In this document: in pieces, positions 1 through 9,861 of the stretch
Position numbering within the stretch: the stretch's first letter is position 1
Layout: each line of letters starts with the position of its first letter
From: Nostoc punctiforme PCC 73102
GTDB taxonomy: Bacteria > Cyanobacteriota > Cyanobacteriia > Cyanobacteriales > Nostocaceae
Direction: 5' to 3'
Length of the DNA stretch: 32,000 nucleotides
Assembly (NCBI RefSeq): GCF_000020025.1
Contig: NC_010628.1
Span: forward strand, 30,001 to 62,000
Translations under genes and position numbers: made by a program
The notes under the pieces: generated by a model
Told to the model about the DNA's origin: nothing
The model's database searches: none
Seen by the model: the letters and a program-made list of their open reading frames with translations, nothing else

Positions 1-159
1 TGCGATCGCAAAATCGGCATTTGTGGACAAGCACCCAGTGATTACCCAGAATTTGCTCAGTTTTTGGTTGAACAGGGAATTGACTCAATTAGTCTGAATC
101 CAGATTCGGTTTTAAAGACAATGCTAGAAGTAGCAAAAGCCGAGGGTACTAATTCATAA
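1..159 (+). CDS. ppsA: Phosphoenolpyruvate synthase, C-terminal fragment (5' end outside the window)
   Basis: Frame 1 is open from the window edge and translates to [52 protein letters not shown], with TAA at 157-159. This matches the conserved C-terminal motif of PEP-utilising enzymes (GICGQAPSD...[10 protein letters not shown]). Confidence 0.8.
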   Translation, partial: CDRKIGICGQAPSDYPEFAQFLVEQGIDSISLNPDSVLKTMLEVAKAEGTNS

Positions 160-365
160 TTCGAGTAATTTATGCCAGCTAGAGACCTGCGGAAAGATTC
201 AGATTTGCAATCGCATAACCAACAGTAGTTGAACTTCTGGATCGCTGCCTGTAATATAGCGATCGCCATATTTAGTTTGTGTAATTGTCTACAAAACTTT
301 TGACTGCTCAACCATAAGTATCTTAGTATTTTGCAGAATGGCTATTTAGTTTAGTCAAAAGCAAC

Positions 366-908
366 ATGACAAATTTTTTGGAAACCGAACGCTTGATTAT
401 TCGCAGTTGGATACCCGAACGCGATGCCGAACAAGCGTTTGTAATTTATAATGACCCTGAAGTTACGCACTTTCTTGGTAAAGCTTCTCTGGTAACAAGT
501 GTTGAGTCACAGCGTCAGCGTTTGATTGACAACATCGAGCAATGGCACCGACGCAACAATGGTACTGGATCTTGGGCAATTGTCGAAAAGGAAACTACAA
601 CAATTGTGGGAACTATCCTTCTTAAACAATTACCCGACAAAGATGGTTTACCCACTCAAGATTATGAGGTAGGCTGGCACTTGAGGCGAGCTTCTTGGGG
701 TAAAGGGTATGCAACAGAAGCAGGACAAGTTATGCTCAATTACGGATTTAATGTTTTGAACTTGCCAGTAATTAATGCCGTAGTGAAGCCAGAAAATCAT
801 GCCTCAATCCGTGTAACAGAACGATTGGGTATGAAACCAATAGGGCGGACAAATAAGTATTACGGTATTGAACTACTCCTGTTCCAACTAGATGCACCTG
901 AAGAGTAG
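366..908 (+). CDS. GNAT family N-acetyltransferase (RimJ/RimL-like)
   Basis: 180-aa ORF. N-terminal ETERLIIRSW is typical of RimJ/RimL-type GNATs, and WGKGYATEA matches the acetyl-CoA binding motif. Confidence 0.8.
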   Translation: MTNFLETERLIIRSWIPERDAEQAFVIYNDPEVTHFLGKASLVTSVESQRQRLIDNIEQWHRRNNGTGSWAIVEKETTTIVGTILLKQLPDKDGLPTQDYEVGWHLRRASWGKGYATEAGQVMLNYGFNVLNLPVINAVVKPENHASIRVTERLGMKPIGRTNKYYGIELLLFQLDAPEE

Positions 909-945
909 AGGGGAGCAGGGAGCAGGGGAAGCAGGGCGAGAAAGA

Positions 946-974
946 ATAACTAATGACTAATGACTAATGACTAA
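946..974. repeat. STRR-type heptamer array (consensus TGACTAA, about 4 copies), preceded by a G-rich GGGAGCAG-like repeat at 911-940
   Basis: Direct reading: ataacta atgacta atgacta atgacta. The ATG at 967 of the next gene lies inside the array. Confidence 0.85.
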
Positions 975-2535
975 AAAATGGTTCCGAATTGGGCTGTTGG
1001 GTATATTTATTCTCTCACTCGCCTTGAGGTTTTGGGGGCTGGAGCGATTCAACACTCTGGTATTTGATGAAGTTTACTTTGCCAAATTTGGTAATAATTA
1101 TCTCACACATACACCATTTTTTAATGCTCATCCGCCACTGAGCCAATATATGATTGGCATCGGCATTTGGATTGGCAGCCACATTCCTTTTTGGCACGAT
1201 ACGGTAAATGGACTGACGGGTTCATTGCGATCGCCTTGGACTTATCGTTGGTTCAATGCCCTTACTGGCTCATTTATCCCTTTAGTTGTAGCTGCGATCG
1301 CTTATCAATTGAGTTATCGCCGTAGCTTTGCAATACTTGCTGGTTTATTTACAGCTTGTGATGGCATTTTTCTAGTCGAATCTCGTTATGCTTTAAGTAA
1401 TATTTATATTGTCATCTTTGGTTTATTAGGACACTGGTTTTTATTATTAGCATTAGATAACCAAAATCGACGACGTTCATTTTGGTTGATTTTTGCTGGC
1501 ATTGCTTTTGGTGCGTCAGTCGGTACTAAGTGGAACGGTTTATGGTTCTTATCAGGTGCTTATCTTATTTGGATAGTAGCTTGGGTAATTCACGGAATGC
1601 ATTCTTTTGCTAATCCCAAACTCTTTTTTACATCCCCCTCATTAGAGGAGGAAGGAGGCAAGAGGCAGAAGGCAGGAGGCAGAATTCAGGAGCCAGAAGT
1701 CAGGAGTCAGGAGGTAGGAGTTAGTACTTATTCTCCACCATTTATACCATCTACCTCATCTGAGTCACCACTACAAAACTTGACTCAACTAAATATTTTC
1801 CAGATGTTATTTTATCTAGGAATAATTCCAGCTTTTATCTATAGCATCATCTGGATTCCTCACCTTCAGCTAGATAAAACTTATGGATTTATTGCAGTAC
1901 ATCAGCAAATTTTGAAATTTCACTTGCATTTAGGTGGTAATAGTTCGGATGTACATCCTTATTGTGCTGCTTGGTACAAATGGCCTTTGATGATTCGACC
2001 AATGGCATATTATTATCAAACGGCTGAAAGTATTACCGAACCATTACCTGTCATGGGGCCACCTTTACCTGCTGGTGCTGGACAAGTTATTTATGATGTC
2101 CATGCAATGGGCAATCCCTTTTTGTGGTGGTTTGGTGTTGCTGCTATGTTGTTTTTAGTAGGGATGCTGATATCACAAGCCGTAATTCCTTGGGTGAAAG
2201 AAAAGCGTTTTTTAGTACCTGCAACTCTTAGTATTGATACTTGGATTGGTTTGTATTTAGTTATAAATTATGCTGCTAATTTAGCACCTTGGATAAAAGT
2301 GACGAGGTGTGTTTTCATATACCATTATATGTGTGCAGTCGTATTTGTATTTTTAGCGATCGCTTGGTTTGTCGATCAGTGTCTTCGCAGCTATTATCAA
2401 CAACTCCGGACGTTAGGTGTCACCATTACTTTTATTATTCTGGCTGCTTTTATTTTCTGGATGCCCATTTATTTGGGTTTACCCCTCTCCCCTGACGGTT
2501 ATAAATTGCGGATGTGGTTTAACTCTTGGATTTGA
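967..2535 (+). CDS. Dolichyl-phosphate-mannose-protein mannosyltransferase-like membrane glycosyltransferase (GT39/PMT, GT-C fold)
   Basis: 522-aa multi-pass membrane ORF. The N-terminal region RFWGLERFNTLVFDEVYFAKF carries the DE motif characteristic of PMT/GT39 enzymes. There are many hydrophobic helices. Confidence 0.75.
   Translation: MTKKWFRIGLLGIFILSLALRFWGLERFNTLVFDEVYFAKFGNNYLTHTPFFNAHPPLSQYMIGIGIWIGSHIPFWHDTVNGLTGSLRSPWTYRWFNALTGSFIPLVVAAIAYQLSYRRSFAILAGLFTACDGIFLVESRYALSNIYIVIFGLLGHWFLLLALDNQNRRRSFWLIFAGIAFGASVGTKWNGLWFLSGAYLIWIVAWVIHGMHSFANPKLFFTSPSLEEEGGKRQKAGGRIQEPEVRSQEVGVSTYSPPFIPSTSSESPLQNLTQLNIFQMLFYLGIIPAFIYSIIWIPHLQLDKTYGFIAVHQQILKFHLHLGGNSSDVHPYCAAWYKWPLMIRPMAYYYQTAESITEPLPVMGPPLPAGAGQVIYDVHAMGNPFLWWFGVAAMLFLVGMLISQAVIPWVKEKRFLVPATLSIDTWIGLYLVINYAANLAPWIKVTRCVFIYHYMCAVVFVFLAIAWFVDQCLRSYYQQLRTLGVTITFIILAAFIFWMPIYLGLPLSPDGYKLRMWFNSWI
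1647..1720. repeat. Purine-rich heptamer array (about 10.5 units, pattern GRARNCA) embedded in frame in the GT39 CDS
   Basis: Read as ggaggaa ggaggca agaggca gaaggca ggaggca gaattca ggagcca gaagtca ggagtca ggaggta ggag. It encodes the charged segment EEEGGKRQKAGGRIQEPEVRSQEVGV inside an otherwise hydrophobic protein. Confidence 0.8.
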
Positions 2536-2842
2536 TTAAAAGGGGTCTTGGTAAGAATAATGGCTCCTAAACTCATTTCTAAAGTTAACATAGCTACACA
2601 TATACATGATTGTTTAATCACATGGTTTTCACATTTCTTATCCCTATGTAAGTTTACTGGCTGCTAGACTTTTCAAAGTGTAAGCAGATGAGAGTAAGCC
2701 TGCAAAACGCAACATCAGGGCATGGGAAATTAGATACTAAGTAAAAATGCTGAGTGTAAAGTTATTTGTTTTACATTCATCATTATTCAGTTATTCTAGA
2801 TATTCTAGTTTTGATGCTCCCGGACAACAGAGGAGGATCTTC

Positions 2843-5149
2843 ATGGAAATGAACTTACAATTCCCAGGTATTAATTTAATTAGCTTGAAAGAGGCACCAA
2901 TTCATATTTCTAGCCAAATTCAGCCTCACGGTGTCCTGTTAGTTTTGGAGGAGCCTGAGCTAAAAATATTACAAGTTAGCACTAATACATTAAAGGTTTT
3001 CGGGATTGCGCCCGAAAATATGTTACACAAAAAACTAGAAGATTTACTCGATCCCTTTCAAATAGAGAGAATTAAAACAGGGCTATCTGGGGAAAATCTT
3101 GATTTCATCAATCCCACCAAAGTTTGGGTACGAAAAAAAGGTGATGAATACGTAGTATTTGATGCAATATTTCACCGCAATATAGAAGGATTTTTAATTC
3201 TGGAATTAGAACCTGCTATTACTCAGGAAAATATTCCATTTTTAAGCTTTTATCATCTGGCTAGAGCCTCTATAAATCAACTAGAAAAAACAGCCAATCT
3301 CCGTGACTTTTGTCAAGTTATCGTTCAAGAAGTTCGGAAAATCACGGAATTTGACAGGGTAATGCTATATAAATTCGATGATGATGGGCATGGTTCCGTT
3401 ATCGCTGAAGAAAAACTAGAAAGCCTAGAACCTTACTTAGGGCTGCATTACCCAGAATCAGATATTCCCAAACCGGCGAGAAAATTATTTGCTGCCAATT
3501 CCATCAGAATTATACCTGATGCTTATTCTCAGCCAGTAAAACTTTTTCCTGTCAATAATCCAATTAGCGATCGCCCGATTAATTTAACCAACTCTATTCT
3601 CAGAAGTGCTGCTTCCTGTCATACAGAGTACTTGCATAATATGGGTGTTGGTGCCTCGCTGACTATTTCTTTAATTAAAGACCAAAAACTCTGGGGGCTA
3701 ATTGCTTGCCATCATCAGTCCCCCAAATATGTTTCCTACGAATTGCGTAAAGCTTGCGAATTCTTGGGACGAGTAATATTTGCAGAAATCTCAGCTAGAG
3801 AAGAGACAGAAGATTATTATCACCGGATAAATCTGACACACCTTCAATCAATCTTGATTGAATATATGTCTCAAGAAGAAAACTTTATTGATGGTTTAGT
3901 TAAAAACCCGCAGCATCTTTTAGATTTGGCTAGCGCTCAAGGTGCAGCTGTCTGTTTTGCGGGAAATTGCACGGTAGTTGGAGAAACACCTAGAGAAGAA
4001 GACCTGAATTTTTTAGTCCAATGGCTGAAGAATAATGTTGAAGAAGAAGTCTTCTATACAGACTCTTTGCCACAGATTTATCCAGATGCAGAAAGCTTTA
4101 AAAATGTCGCTAGCGGTTTGTTAGCGATTCCCATCGCCAAGCGGACTTATGTTTTGTGGTTCCGACCAGAAGTAATTCAAACTGTAAATTGGGGTGGCGA
4201 TCCTAATAAGGCGTTTGAAGTTAGCCAGTCAGAAGGAAATGTCCGTCTGTGTCCACGCAAATCATTTGAACTGTGGAAAGAAACGGTTCGCTTAACATCT
4301 TTACCTTGGAAAGATGTAGAAGTTAAAGCAGCATTGGAACTGCGGAAAGCAATTGTTAATATTGTGCTGCGTCAAGCCGATGAACTAGCCCAGTTAGCGC
4401 AGGATTTAGAACGTTCTAACGCCGAACTGAAAAAGTTTGCCTACGTCGCCTCCCATGACTTGCAAGAACCACTCAATCAAGTTGTGAATTATGTGCAACT
4501 GTTGGAGATGCGGTATAGCGAAGAACTTGACGAAGATGCCCAGGAGTTTATTAGCTACGCTGTGCAGGGAGTTAGCCTGATGCAGACGTTGATTGATGAC
4601 GTGCTGGCATACTCGAAAGTGGATATGCAGGCGATCGCATTTCAAATGAACGATGTAGAGACAGCCTTAATGCGAGGGTTGGGCAATTTACGTCAACGCA
4701 TTAATGAAACTGGGGCTACTATCACCCACGACCCCTTACCAACAGTGATGGCTGACAGCACCCAACTGATGCAGCTATTCCAAAACCTCATCGGTAACGC
4801 CATTAAATTCCACAGTGACCAGCCGCCACAAATCCATGTGGGAGCAGAAAGGATAGAAGACGCATGGTTGTTCTCAGTACGGGATAATGGAATTGGCATT
4901 GACCCAAAATTTAGCGATCGCATATTCGTAATCTTTCAGCGCTTACATACGCGGGATGAATATACTGGTACAGGGATGGGTTTAGCCATCTGTAAGAAGA
5001 TTGTTGAATGTCACCGGGGGCGAATCTGGGTAGAGTCAGAACTGGGTCAGGGCGCAACCTTCTACTTTACGATTCCAGTTGGAGGACGCGAACTTGAGCG
5101 TAGAAACGGGAGAAAAACACAAAACCATCTTTTTGGTCGAGGACAATAA
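2843..5149 (+). CDS. cph1: Cph1-type cyanobacterial phytochrome histidine kinase (PAS-GAF-PHY-HisKA-HATPase)
   Basis: Near-colinear resemblance to Synechocystis Cph1: [15 protein letters not shown] motif [28 protein letters not shown] with the chromophore Cys, H-box [16 protein letters not shown], and G2 box [12 protein letters not shown]. Start chosen at ATG 2843, which is preceded by AGGAGGA at 2831-2837. The ORF track begins upstream at 2747. Confidence 0.9.
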   Translation: MEMNLQFPGINLISLKEAPIHISSQIQPHGVLLVLEEPELKILQVSTNTLKVFGIAPENMLHKKLEDLLDPFQIERIKTGLSGENLDFINPTKVWVRKKGDEYVVFDAIFHRNIEGFLILELEPAITQENIPFLSFYHLARASINQLEKTANLRDFCQVIVQEVRKITEFDRVMLYKFDDDGHGSVIAEEKLESLEPYLGLHYPESDIPKPARKLFAANSIRIIPDAYSQPVKLFPVNNPISDRPINLTNSILRSAASCHTEYLHNMGVGASLTISLIKDQKLWGLIACHHQSPKYVSYELRKACEFLGRVIFAEISAREETEDYYHRINLTHLQSILIEYMSQEENFIDGLVKNPQHLLDLASAQGAAVCFAGNCTVVGETPREEDLNFLVQWLKNNVEEEVFYTDSLPQIYPDAESFKNVASGLLAIPIAKRTYVLWFRPEVIQTVNWGGDPNKAFEVSQSEGNVRLCPRKSFELWKETVRLTSLPWKDVEVKAALELRKAIVNIVLRQADELAQLAQDLERSNAELKKFAYVASHDLQEPLNQVVNYVQLLEMRYSEELDEDAQEFISYAVQGVSLMQTLIDDVLAYSKVDMQAIAFQMNDVETALMRGLGNLRQRINETGATITHDPLPTVMADSTQLMQLFQNLIGNAIKFHSDQPPQIHVGAERIEDAWLFSVRDNGIGIDPKFSDRIFVIFQRLHTRDEYTGTGMGLAICKKIVECHRGRIWVESELGQGATFYFTIPVGGRELERRNGRKTQNHLFGRGQ

Positions 5150-5540
5150 AGCTGACATTCGCTTAATCCAAGAAGCGTTAAAAAATAGTTCAGTGCCCTA
5201 CCAAGTGGTAACGGTCAGGGATGGTATAGATGCTATGGCTTATTTACGCCAAGAAGGTGAATATGCTGATGCACCTCGCCCTGACCTTATTCTGCTGGAT
5301 TTGAATTTGCCTAAAAAAGATGGTCGAGAAGTGCTGGCGGAAATAAAAGCCGACCCACTACTAAAACGTATTCCAGTTGTTGTGTTAACAACCTCAAAAA
5401 ATGAGGATGACATTTTTCACAGCTACGATTTACATGTGAATTGCTATATCACTAAATCTCGCAACCTGAACCAATTATTTCAAATCGTCAAGAGTATCGA
5501 AGATTTTTGGCTCTCTACTGTGACGCTACCATCAGAGTGA
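5079..5540 (+). CDS. rcp1: Rcp1-type single-domain response regulator, phytochrome partner
   Basis: [44 protein letters not shown] and [12 protein letters not shown] closely resemble Synechocystis Rcp1. The ATG at 5079 overlaps the cph1 3' end by 71 nt. An in-frame TTG at 5094 is an alternative start. Confidence 0.85.
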   Translation: MEDANLSVETGEKHKTIFLVEDNKADIRLIQEALKNSSVPYQVVTVRDGIDAMAYLRQEGEYADAPRPDLILLDLNLPKKDGREVLAEIKADPLLKRIPVVVLTTSKNEDDIFHSYDLHVNCYITKSRNLNQLFQIVKSIEDFWLSTVTLPSE

Positions 5541-5637
5541 GGCAGGGGGTAGGGGAGGCAGGGGAGACAAGGGGACAAAGGGACAAGGTGACAAATGACA
5601 AATGACTAATGACAAATGACAAATAACTAATGACAAG
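5541..5637. repeat. G-rich repeat (5541-5588) followed by an STRR heptamer array (TGACAAA/TGACTAA, 7 units, 5589-5637)
   Basis: Direct reading: tgacaaa tgacaaa tgactaa tgacaaa tgacaaa taactaa tgacaag. Confidence 0.85.
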
Positions 5638-5671
5638 ATAGAGGAGCAATAGGGGGTGAAACCCGAAGATT

Positions 5672-6835
5672 ATGGTTGTGAGCTACTCAGTAAAAATCTT
5701 GTTAATTGAGGATAACCTAGCTTCTGCTAGGTTGTTACAAGAGTTTCTAGCACAAGCCCAGTCCCAAGAGTTTACTCTGGTTCATGTGACGCGATTGGGG
5801 GAAGCAATTCAGGAACTAAGCCGATGTAATTATGATGTTATTTTATTAGATTTAACTCTACCTGACAGCCAAGGATTGTCATCTCTACCTCCTCTGATTG
5901 GTCAAGCACCAAGTGTACCGATTGTTGTCTTAACCAATACAAATGATGAAGAACTGGCAATTGAGGCAGTGCGGCAGGGGGCACAAGATTATCTAGTCAA
6001 GCGACAGGTAAATGTAGATGTGTTAGTGCGATCGCTGCGTTATGCGATCGAGCGCAAGCAGGTTTTAGAATCATTACGCACAGTCAATGAGACATTACAA
6101 ACCCGGGTTGAAGAACGAACTGCGGAACTGGTGAAGGCCAATGAACTCAACCAGTTCAAATCTGAATTTGTCTCGATGCTTTCCCATGACATCCGCAATC
6201 CTTTAAATACTATTCTCTTGGCTGCTGGATTGCTACAAAACCAAGATGAAAGATTGACCAAAGAGAAAAAACTGAATCATTTGCAAATGATTCGCTCGGC
6301 GATCAAAAATATGGCAAAGCTATTGGATGAAGTTACATTCATTGGGAAAGCTGATTCTGGCAGACTGGGGTATGAACTCATTTGTATAGATTTAGAAGCT
6401 TTTTGCCGCCAAATGGTCGAAGAAGTTCGATTAATGGCAAGTGATAAGCATCTGACTTTGGTGTTTGCCAGTTGTGGGCAATTAGACGAGGCATTATGGG
6501 ATGAAAGCTTGCTGCGGCATATTTTAGGCAATTTACTGAGCAATGCGATTAAGTATTCACTACCGGGCGGTATAGTGCGTTTTGAATTAATTGGTCAGGA
6601 AAAAACAGTAATTTTCCGAATTCAAGATTCGGGAATTGGAATTCCTCAAGAAGACCAAAAACGGCTGTTTCAGCCTTTCCAACGTGCCGACAATGTTGGA
6701 ACCATTCCAGGTACTGGCTTGGGACTAGCGATCGTCAAAAAATGTGTCGATGCATACGGAGGCGAGATTATAGTCAACAGTCAAGTTGAAGTAGGTACAA
6801 CCTTTACTGTCACCCTTCCTTTACTAGAAGCTTAA
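5672..6835 (+). CDS. Hybrid response-regulator/histidine kinase (REC-HisKA-HATPase)
   Basis: REC motifs ILLIEDN and DVILLDLTLPD, H-box MLSHDIRNPLN, N-box GNLLSNAIKY, G-box GTGLGLAIVKK. Confidence 0.85.
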   Translation: MVVSYSVKILLIEDNLASARLLQEFLAQAQSQEFTLVHVTRLGEAIQELSRCNYDVILLDLTLPDSQGLSSLPPLIGQAPSVPIVVLTNTNDEELAIEAVRQGAQDYLVKRQVNVDVLVRSLRYAIERKQVLESLRTVNETLQTRVEERTAELVKANELNQFKSEFVSMLSHDIRNPLNTILLAAGLLQNQDERLTKEKKLNHLQMIRSAIKNMAKLLDEVTFIGKADSGRLGYELICIDLEAFCRQMVEEVRLMASDKHLTLVFASCGQLDEALWDESLLRHILGNLLSNAIKYSLPGGIVRFELIGQEKTVIFRIQDSGIGIPQEDQKRLFQPFQRADNVGTIPGTGLGLAIVKKCVDAYGGEIIVNSQVEVGTTFTVTLPLLEA

Positions 6836-6912
6836 GCATCTAGGTTAAGTGGATTAGGTTCAATTCTATACATTTAAAGAATGTAGCAAAGTTTCCCCCA
6901 AAAAAATTGCTT

Positions 6913-7054
6913 GTTAGGGACTTCCAGAAATTAAATTATTCAATTTTGGGAGCGACGATAATCACTAAATTCTTCCTCTCCTGCAACGCCAGCGCCCCCT
7001 GCTTCCCCTGCTCGCCAAAGCGATGGGATGTTTTTTTAGTTGGAAGTCCCTTAC
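6913..7054. repeat. About 142-bp segment bounded by 14-nt inverted repeats (GTTAGGGACTTCCA / TGGAAGTCCCTTAC, 1 mismatch); MITE-like or long-range stem
   Basis: Inverted repeats read directly at 6913-6926 and 7041-7054 in the convergent intergenic region. The interior is C-rich, complementary in style to the G-rich repeats elsewhere. Confidence 0.4.
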
Positions 7055-7707
7055 TATCCCTCATTCACAACTTCTCGTCTGACAAACAAAGCCCGATAAA
7101 CAGGTTCACCCTTTTTTTGTGTGCCTATTTCCCGTTCTGTGGGCACTGGTAGCGGGTTTTCTGCTAACCATTCTTCTGTTCCAACTTTCTGATAAGCTGG
7201 GTGGGCAGCGAAGCGATCGCGCATTTCCACCGCGATAAATTCCATATCTGACTGCACAAACACAACCCCCCCAACCGCCAGATAACTGGCTAACTCCGCC
7301 ACTAATTCTGGTTGCACCACACGGCGTTTAGCATGGCGGGTTTTAAACCAAGGATCGGGAAATTGAATTGTAACGCGCTGTAAACTTCCTGGAGGAAGGG
7401 AAGATAAAAGGGAGTGCAGTGAGTTATTCACATTGCAAAATAAGTAGTGCAGATTTGTTAAAGCCAACTCAGAACGTAACTTATTCGCCTCCACTACCAA
7501 CGGTTCTCGAATTTCTAAGCCGAGATAATTCCAATTGGGTTCGATGCTGGCCATATTTAACAAAAATTGTCCTTTAGCGCAGCCAATATCTAAATGTAGT
7601 GGTTGATTTGGCTTTGCATAAATTTTTTCAAAGTCTTGGGGACTTGCTGGTGTTTGATACTTGTTAGCAAGTGGATTCACATGCTGGCGGACTCGAACTG
7701 CTGCCAA
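7054..7707 (-). CDS. trmB: tRNA (guanine-N7)-methyltransferase
   Basis: VRQHVNPL at the N-terminus, SAM motif LDIGCAKGQFLL, and the signature IQFPDPWFKTRHAKRR. Confidence 0.9.
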   Translation of the reverse strand: MAAVRVRQHVNPLANKYQTPASPQDFEKIYAKPNQPLHLDIGCAKGQFLLNMASIEPNWNYLGLEIREPLVVEANKLRSELALTNLHYLFCNVNNSLHSLLSSLPPGSLQRVTIQFPDPWFKTRHAKRRVVQPELVAELASYLAVGGVVFVQSDMEFIAVEMRDRFAAHPAYQKVGTEEWLAENPLPVPTEREIGTQKKGEPVYRALFVRREVVNEG

Positions 7708-8119
7708 AATTTCCTCTCCTTTACGTCAAAATATCCTGTGGTGTGTGCGATCGCCATCAGTTGGGTTTGTTAAAAAAATGTACTAATGGTGAAACTTATT
7801 TTAGATTGATGAACTATCACAAACGTTTTAAATTGTACTAAATCAGGAAACAATTGCTCCCTGTCAAGCAAACATGATTTGTGATCTACCCACGCTTCTC
7901 TCCATTGTAAGTGTGGGCTTTTGATTTCATCAACAACAGCCTTTCCACCTTGAGGTTTATTAGTTTTAAATTGCTATCAATACAGCAAGAACGGGGTACT
8001 TAGCATTGCGTTCATATTTTTGCTCAGAATTCCCAGCCTTCTTTATTTTCTTATAAATTTAAAACCTATAATTTGTCTTATCTATAATGAATTAATTTAC
8101 TCAGTTTAATTTTACCAGC

Positions 8120-9568
8120 ATGGCAAATAAAATTCATCTTAATAAACTTGCAGAGGGAGTTACAGCTTGGAATGACTGGCGAGCAGCAAATCCAAATATA
8201 GATGTGGATCTTAGTGGAGTTTATCTGGTTTATGAAATATCTATAAGAAACCAAAAAAAGGCTTGGAGGCTTCTTACACCCTTCATATCTTTGTTGGTTA
8301 CTCTTTTTCTTGTACATACTAATGTGACAGAGCATTTAATATATCTTTTTGAAAACAACCCATTATTGAAAATAAATTTATCTGCTTGGGAAGAATTAGT
8401 ATTGTATACAATAATTCGTTTGTCTTTGTTTTTCATTATTATGCTTACCTTGTTTACTGGTTTGGAATTAATGTTAAATTATTCCAAAGGAAAACTAAAC
8501 TTAATAAATATAGATATGAATAAAGTAAATTTATATGGAACCGACTTAAAAGGAGTTGATTTTAGGTATGCCGATTTAAGATATGCAGATTTAAGAAATG
8601 CAAATTTGAGTTATTTGGAAGCAATTGGTGCAGATTTTGACTATGCTAATTTTACTGGAGCGTGTATAGAGAGTTGGAATATTGATTCTTCTACTAATCT
8701 AAATAATGTAAAATGTGATTATATTTATTACCAGTTTAATTATGAACTGGATAAGTTTAACCAGCGTCGTCCCATAGACATAAATAGTATTTTTGCGCCT
8801 AATGAGTTTACAGAACGCATTAAAGTTATTGAAAAAGCATTAGAAACCATTGATTTAACTTTTACAGATGGTATTGATTGGAAAGCATTTTTCAAATCAT
8901 TTAACGAATTACGTCAGCAATATCCTGAACACAACATTGATATTCAAGGAATTGAACGTAAAAGTAACACGTTAATTGTCCGATTAGATGTGAATGTTGA
9001 ATCAGTCATTAATACTGTTGTAATTAAAGGTGCTATTGAAACTGGTTTCAAAGAGTTTTATGAAATTAATGTTAAGTTTTTAGAAGATAAATATCGGAGA
9101 GACCTTCAAGCTAAAGATGATGATATTAATTTTTACCGTCAGCAAAGTATGGAGATATTAGAAATTATTAAGCAGCAAGTAACAAGACCTATCAATGTGG
9201 AGAAAATTATGTCAGACACATATAACAATAATTTCCATAAACCAAATATTAGCAATTTTGCTAACAAAATGGAAGATAATGCACGGCAACAAGCAAACCA
9301 AAACATCTACACATCTGAGCAAAAACAAACTCTTGCTGATGTATCTACTGAAATACAGCAGCTTATAAAACAATTCGAGCAAAATAATCCTACTGCTAAT
9401 GAAAGTGAGAAGATTGCTTATGTAAATGATGAGACTACTCCTAGCTTGAAGCGTCGAGCTATTGGTGCATTACAGGGATTTAGTGAAACTGCAATCGAAG
9501 AGTTTTTTGATAATTCCTATATCAACATTGCTAAAGCAATTATCAAAGGCTGGATCAAGCCGGACTAA
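8120..9568 (+). CDS. Pentapeptide-repeat protein with two predicted TM helices and a long uncharacterised, partly coiled C-terminal region
   Basis: The N-terminal LAEGVTAWNDWRAANPNIDVDLSG is typical of cyanobacterial pentapeptide proteins. Hydrophobic stretches are LLTPFISLLVTLFLV and LVLYTIIRLSLFFIIMLTLFTGL. The pentapeptide tract is VNLYGTDLKGVDFRYADLRYADLRNANLSYLEAIGADFDYANFTGA. The gene sits in a markedly AT-rich segment. Confidence 0.7.
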   Translation: MANKIHLNKLAEGVTAWNDWRAANPNIDVDLSGVYLVYEISIRNQKKAWRLLTPFISLLVTLFLVHTNVTEHLIYLFENNPLLKINLSAWEELVLYTIIRLSLFFIIMLTLFTGLELMLNYSKGKLNLINIDMNKVNLYGTDLKGVDFRYADLRYADLRNANLSYLEAIGADFDYANFTGACIESWNIDSSTNLNNVKCDYIYYQFNYELDKFNQRRPIDINSIFAPNEFTERIKVIEKALETIDLTFTDGIDWKAFFKSFNELRQQYPEHNIDIQGIERKSNTLIVRLDVNVESVINTVVIKGAIETGFKEFYEINVKFLEDKYRRDLQAKDDDINFYRQQSMEILEIIKQQVTRPINVEKIMSDTYNNNFHKPNISNFANKMEDNARQQANQNIYTSEQKQTLADVSTEIQQLIKQFEQNNPTANESEKIAYVNDETTPSLKRRAIGALQGFSETAIEEFFDNSYINIAKAIIKGWIKPD

Positions 9569-9861
9569 ATACTGATCCGCAGGTTGGGTGGGAATTAGCA
9601 AAACTAACTAATATAACCAATTTTTTGGTTCTGCGGTCGCTTCACCTAACCTACCATTAGAAGCGATCAAACTACAACTTAGATCAAAGCAAGGAGCATC
9701 TACTATACTAAAACGTTTGAGTTAGCTGCTCAGGCAAAAGAAGGCAATATTATGCTAGAATTGTACCAAATTATGGCAATTATTCAAGAGCAATTTAGAA
9801 TAATTTTGCGCTTTGTTGAGTAAACAAGCTAAAATCTACGATTTTTGGAGATTTTTAGGTT

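Noticed and set aside
57-311. 84-aa minus-strand ORF
   Set aside because: It overlaps the clearly homologous ppsA 3' end on the opposite strand and continues into repeat-bearing intergenic DNA. No recognisable motifs.
2747-2842. N-terminal 32-codon extension of the phytochrome ORF
   Set aside because: The extension (MLSVKLFVLHSSLFSYSRYSS...) has no counterpart in Cph1. A strong AGGAGGA sits just upstream of the internal ATG at 2843, from which homology begins.
6907-7152. 81-aa + strand ORF in the HK/trmB convergent gap
   Set aside because: It spans the inverted-repeat element and overlaps the trmB 3' end, starts at a non-ATG codon, and has low-complexity content.
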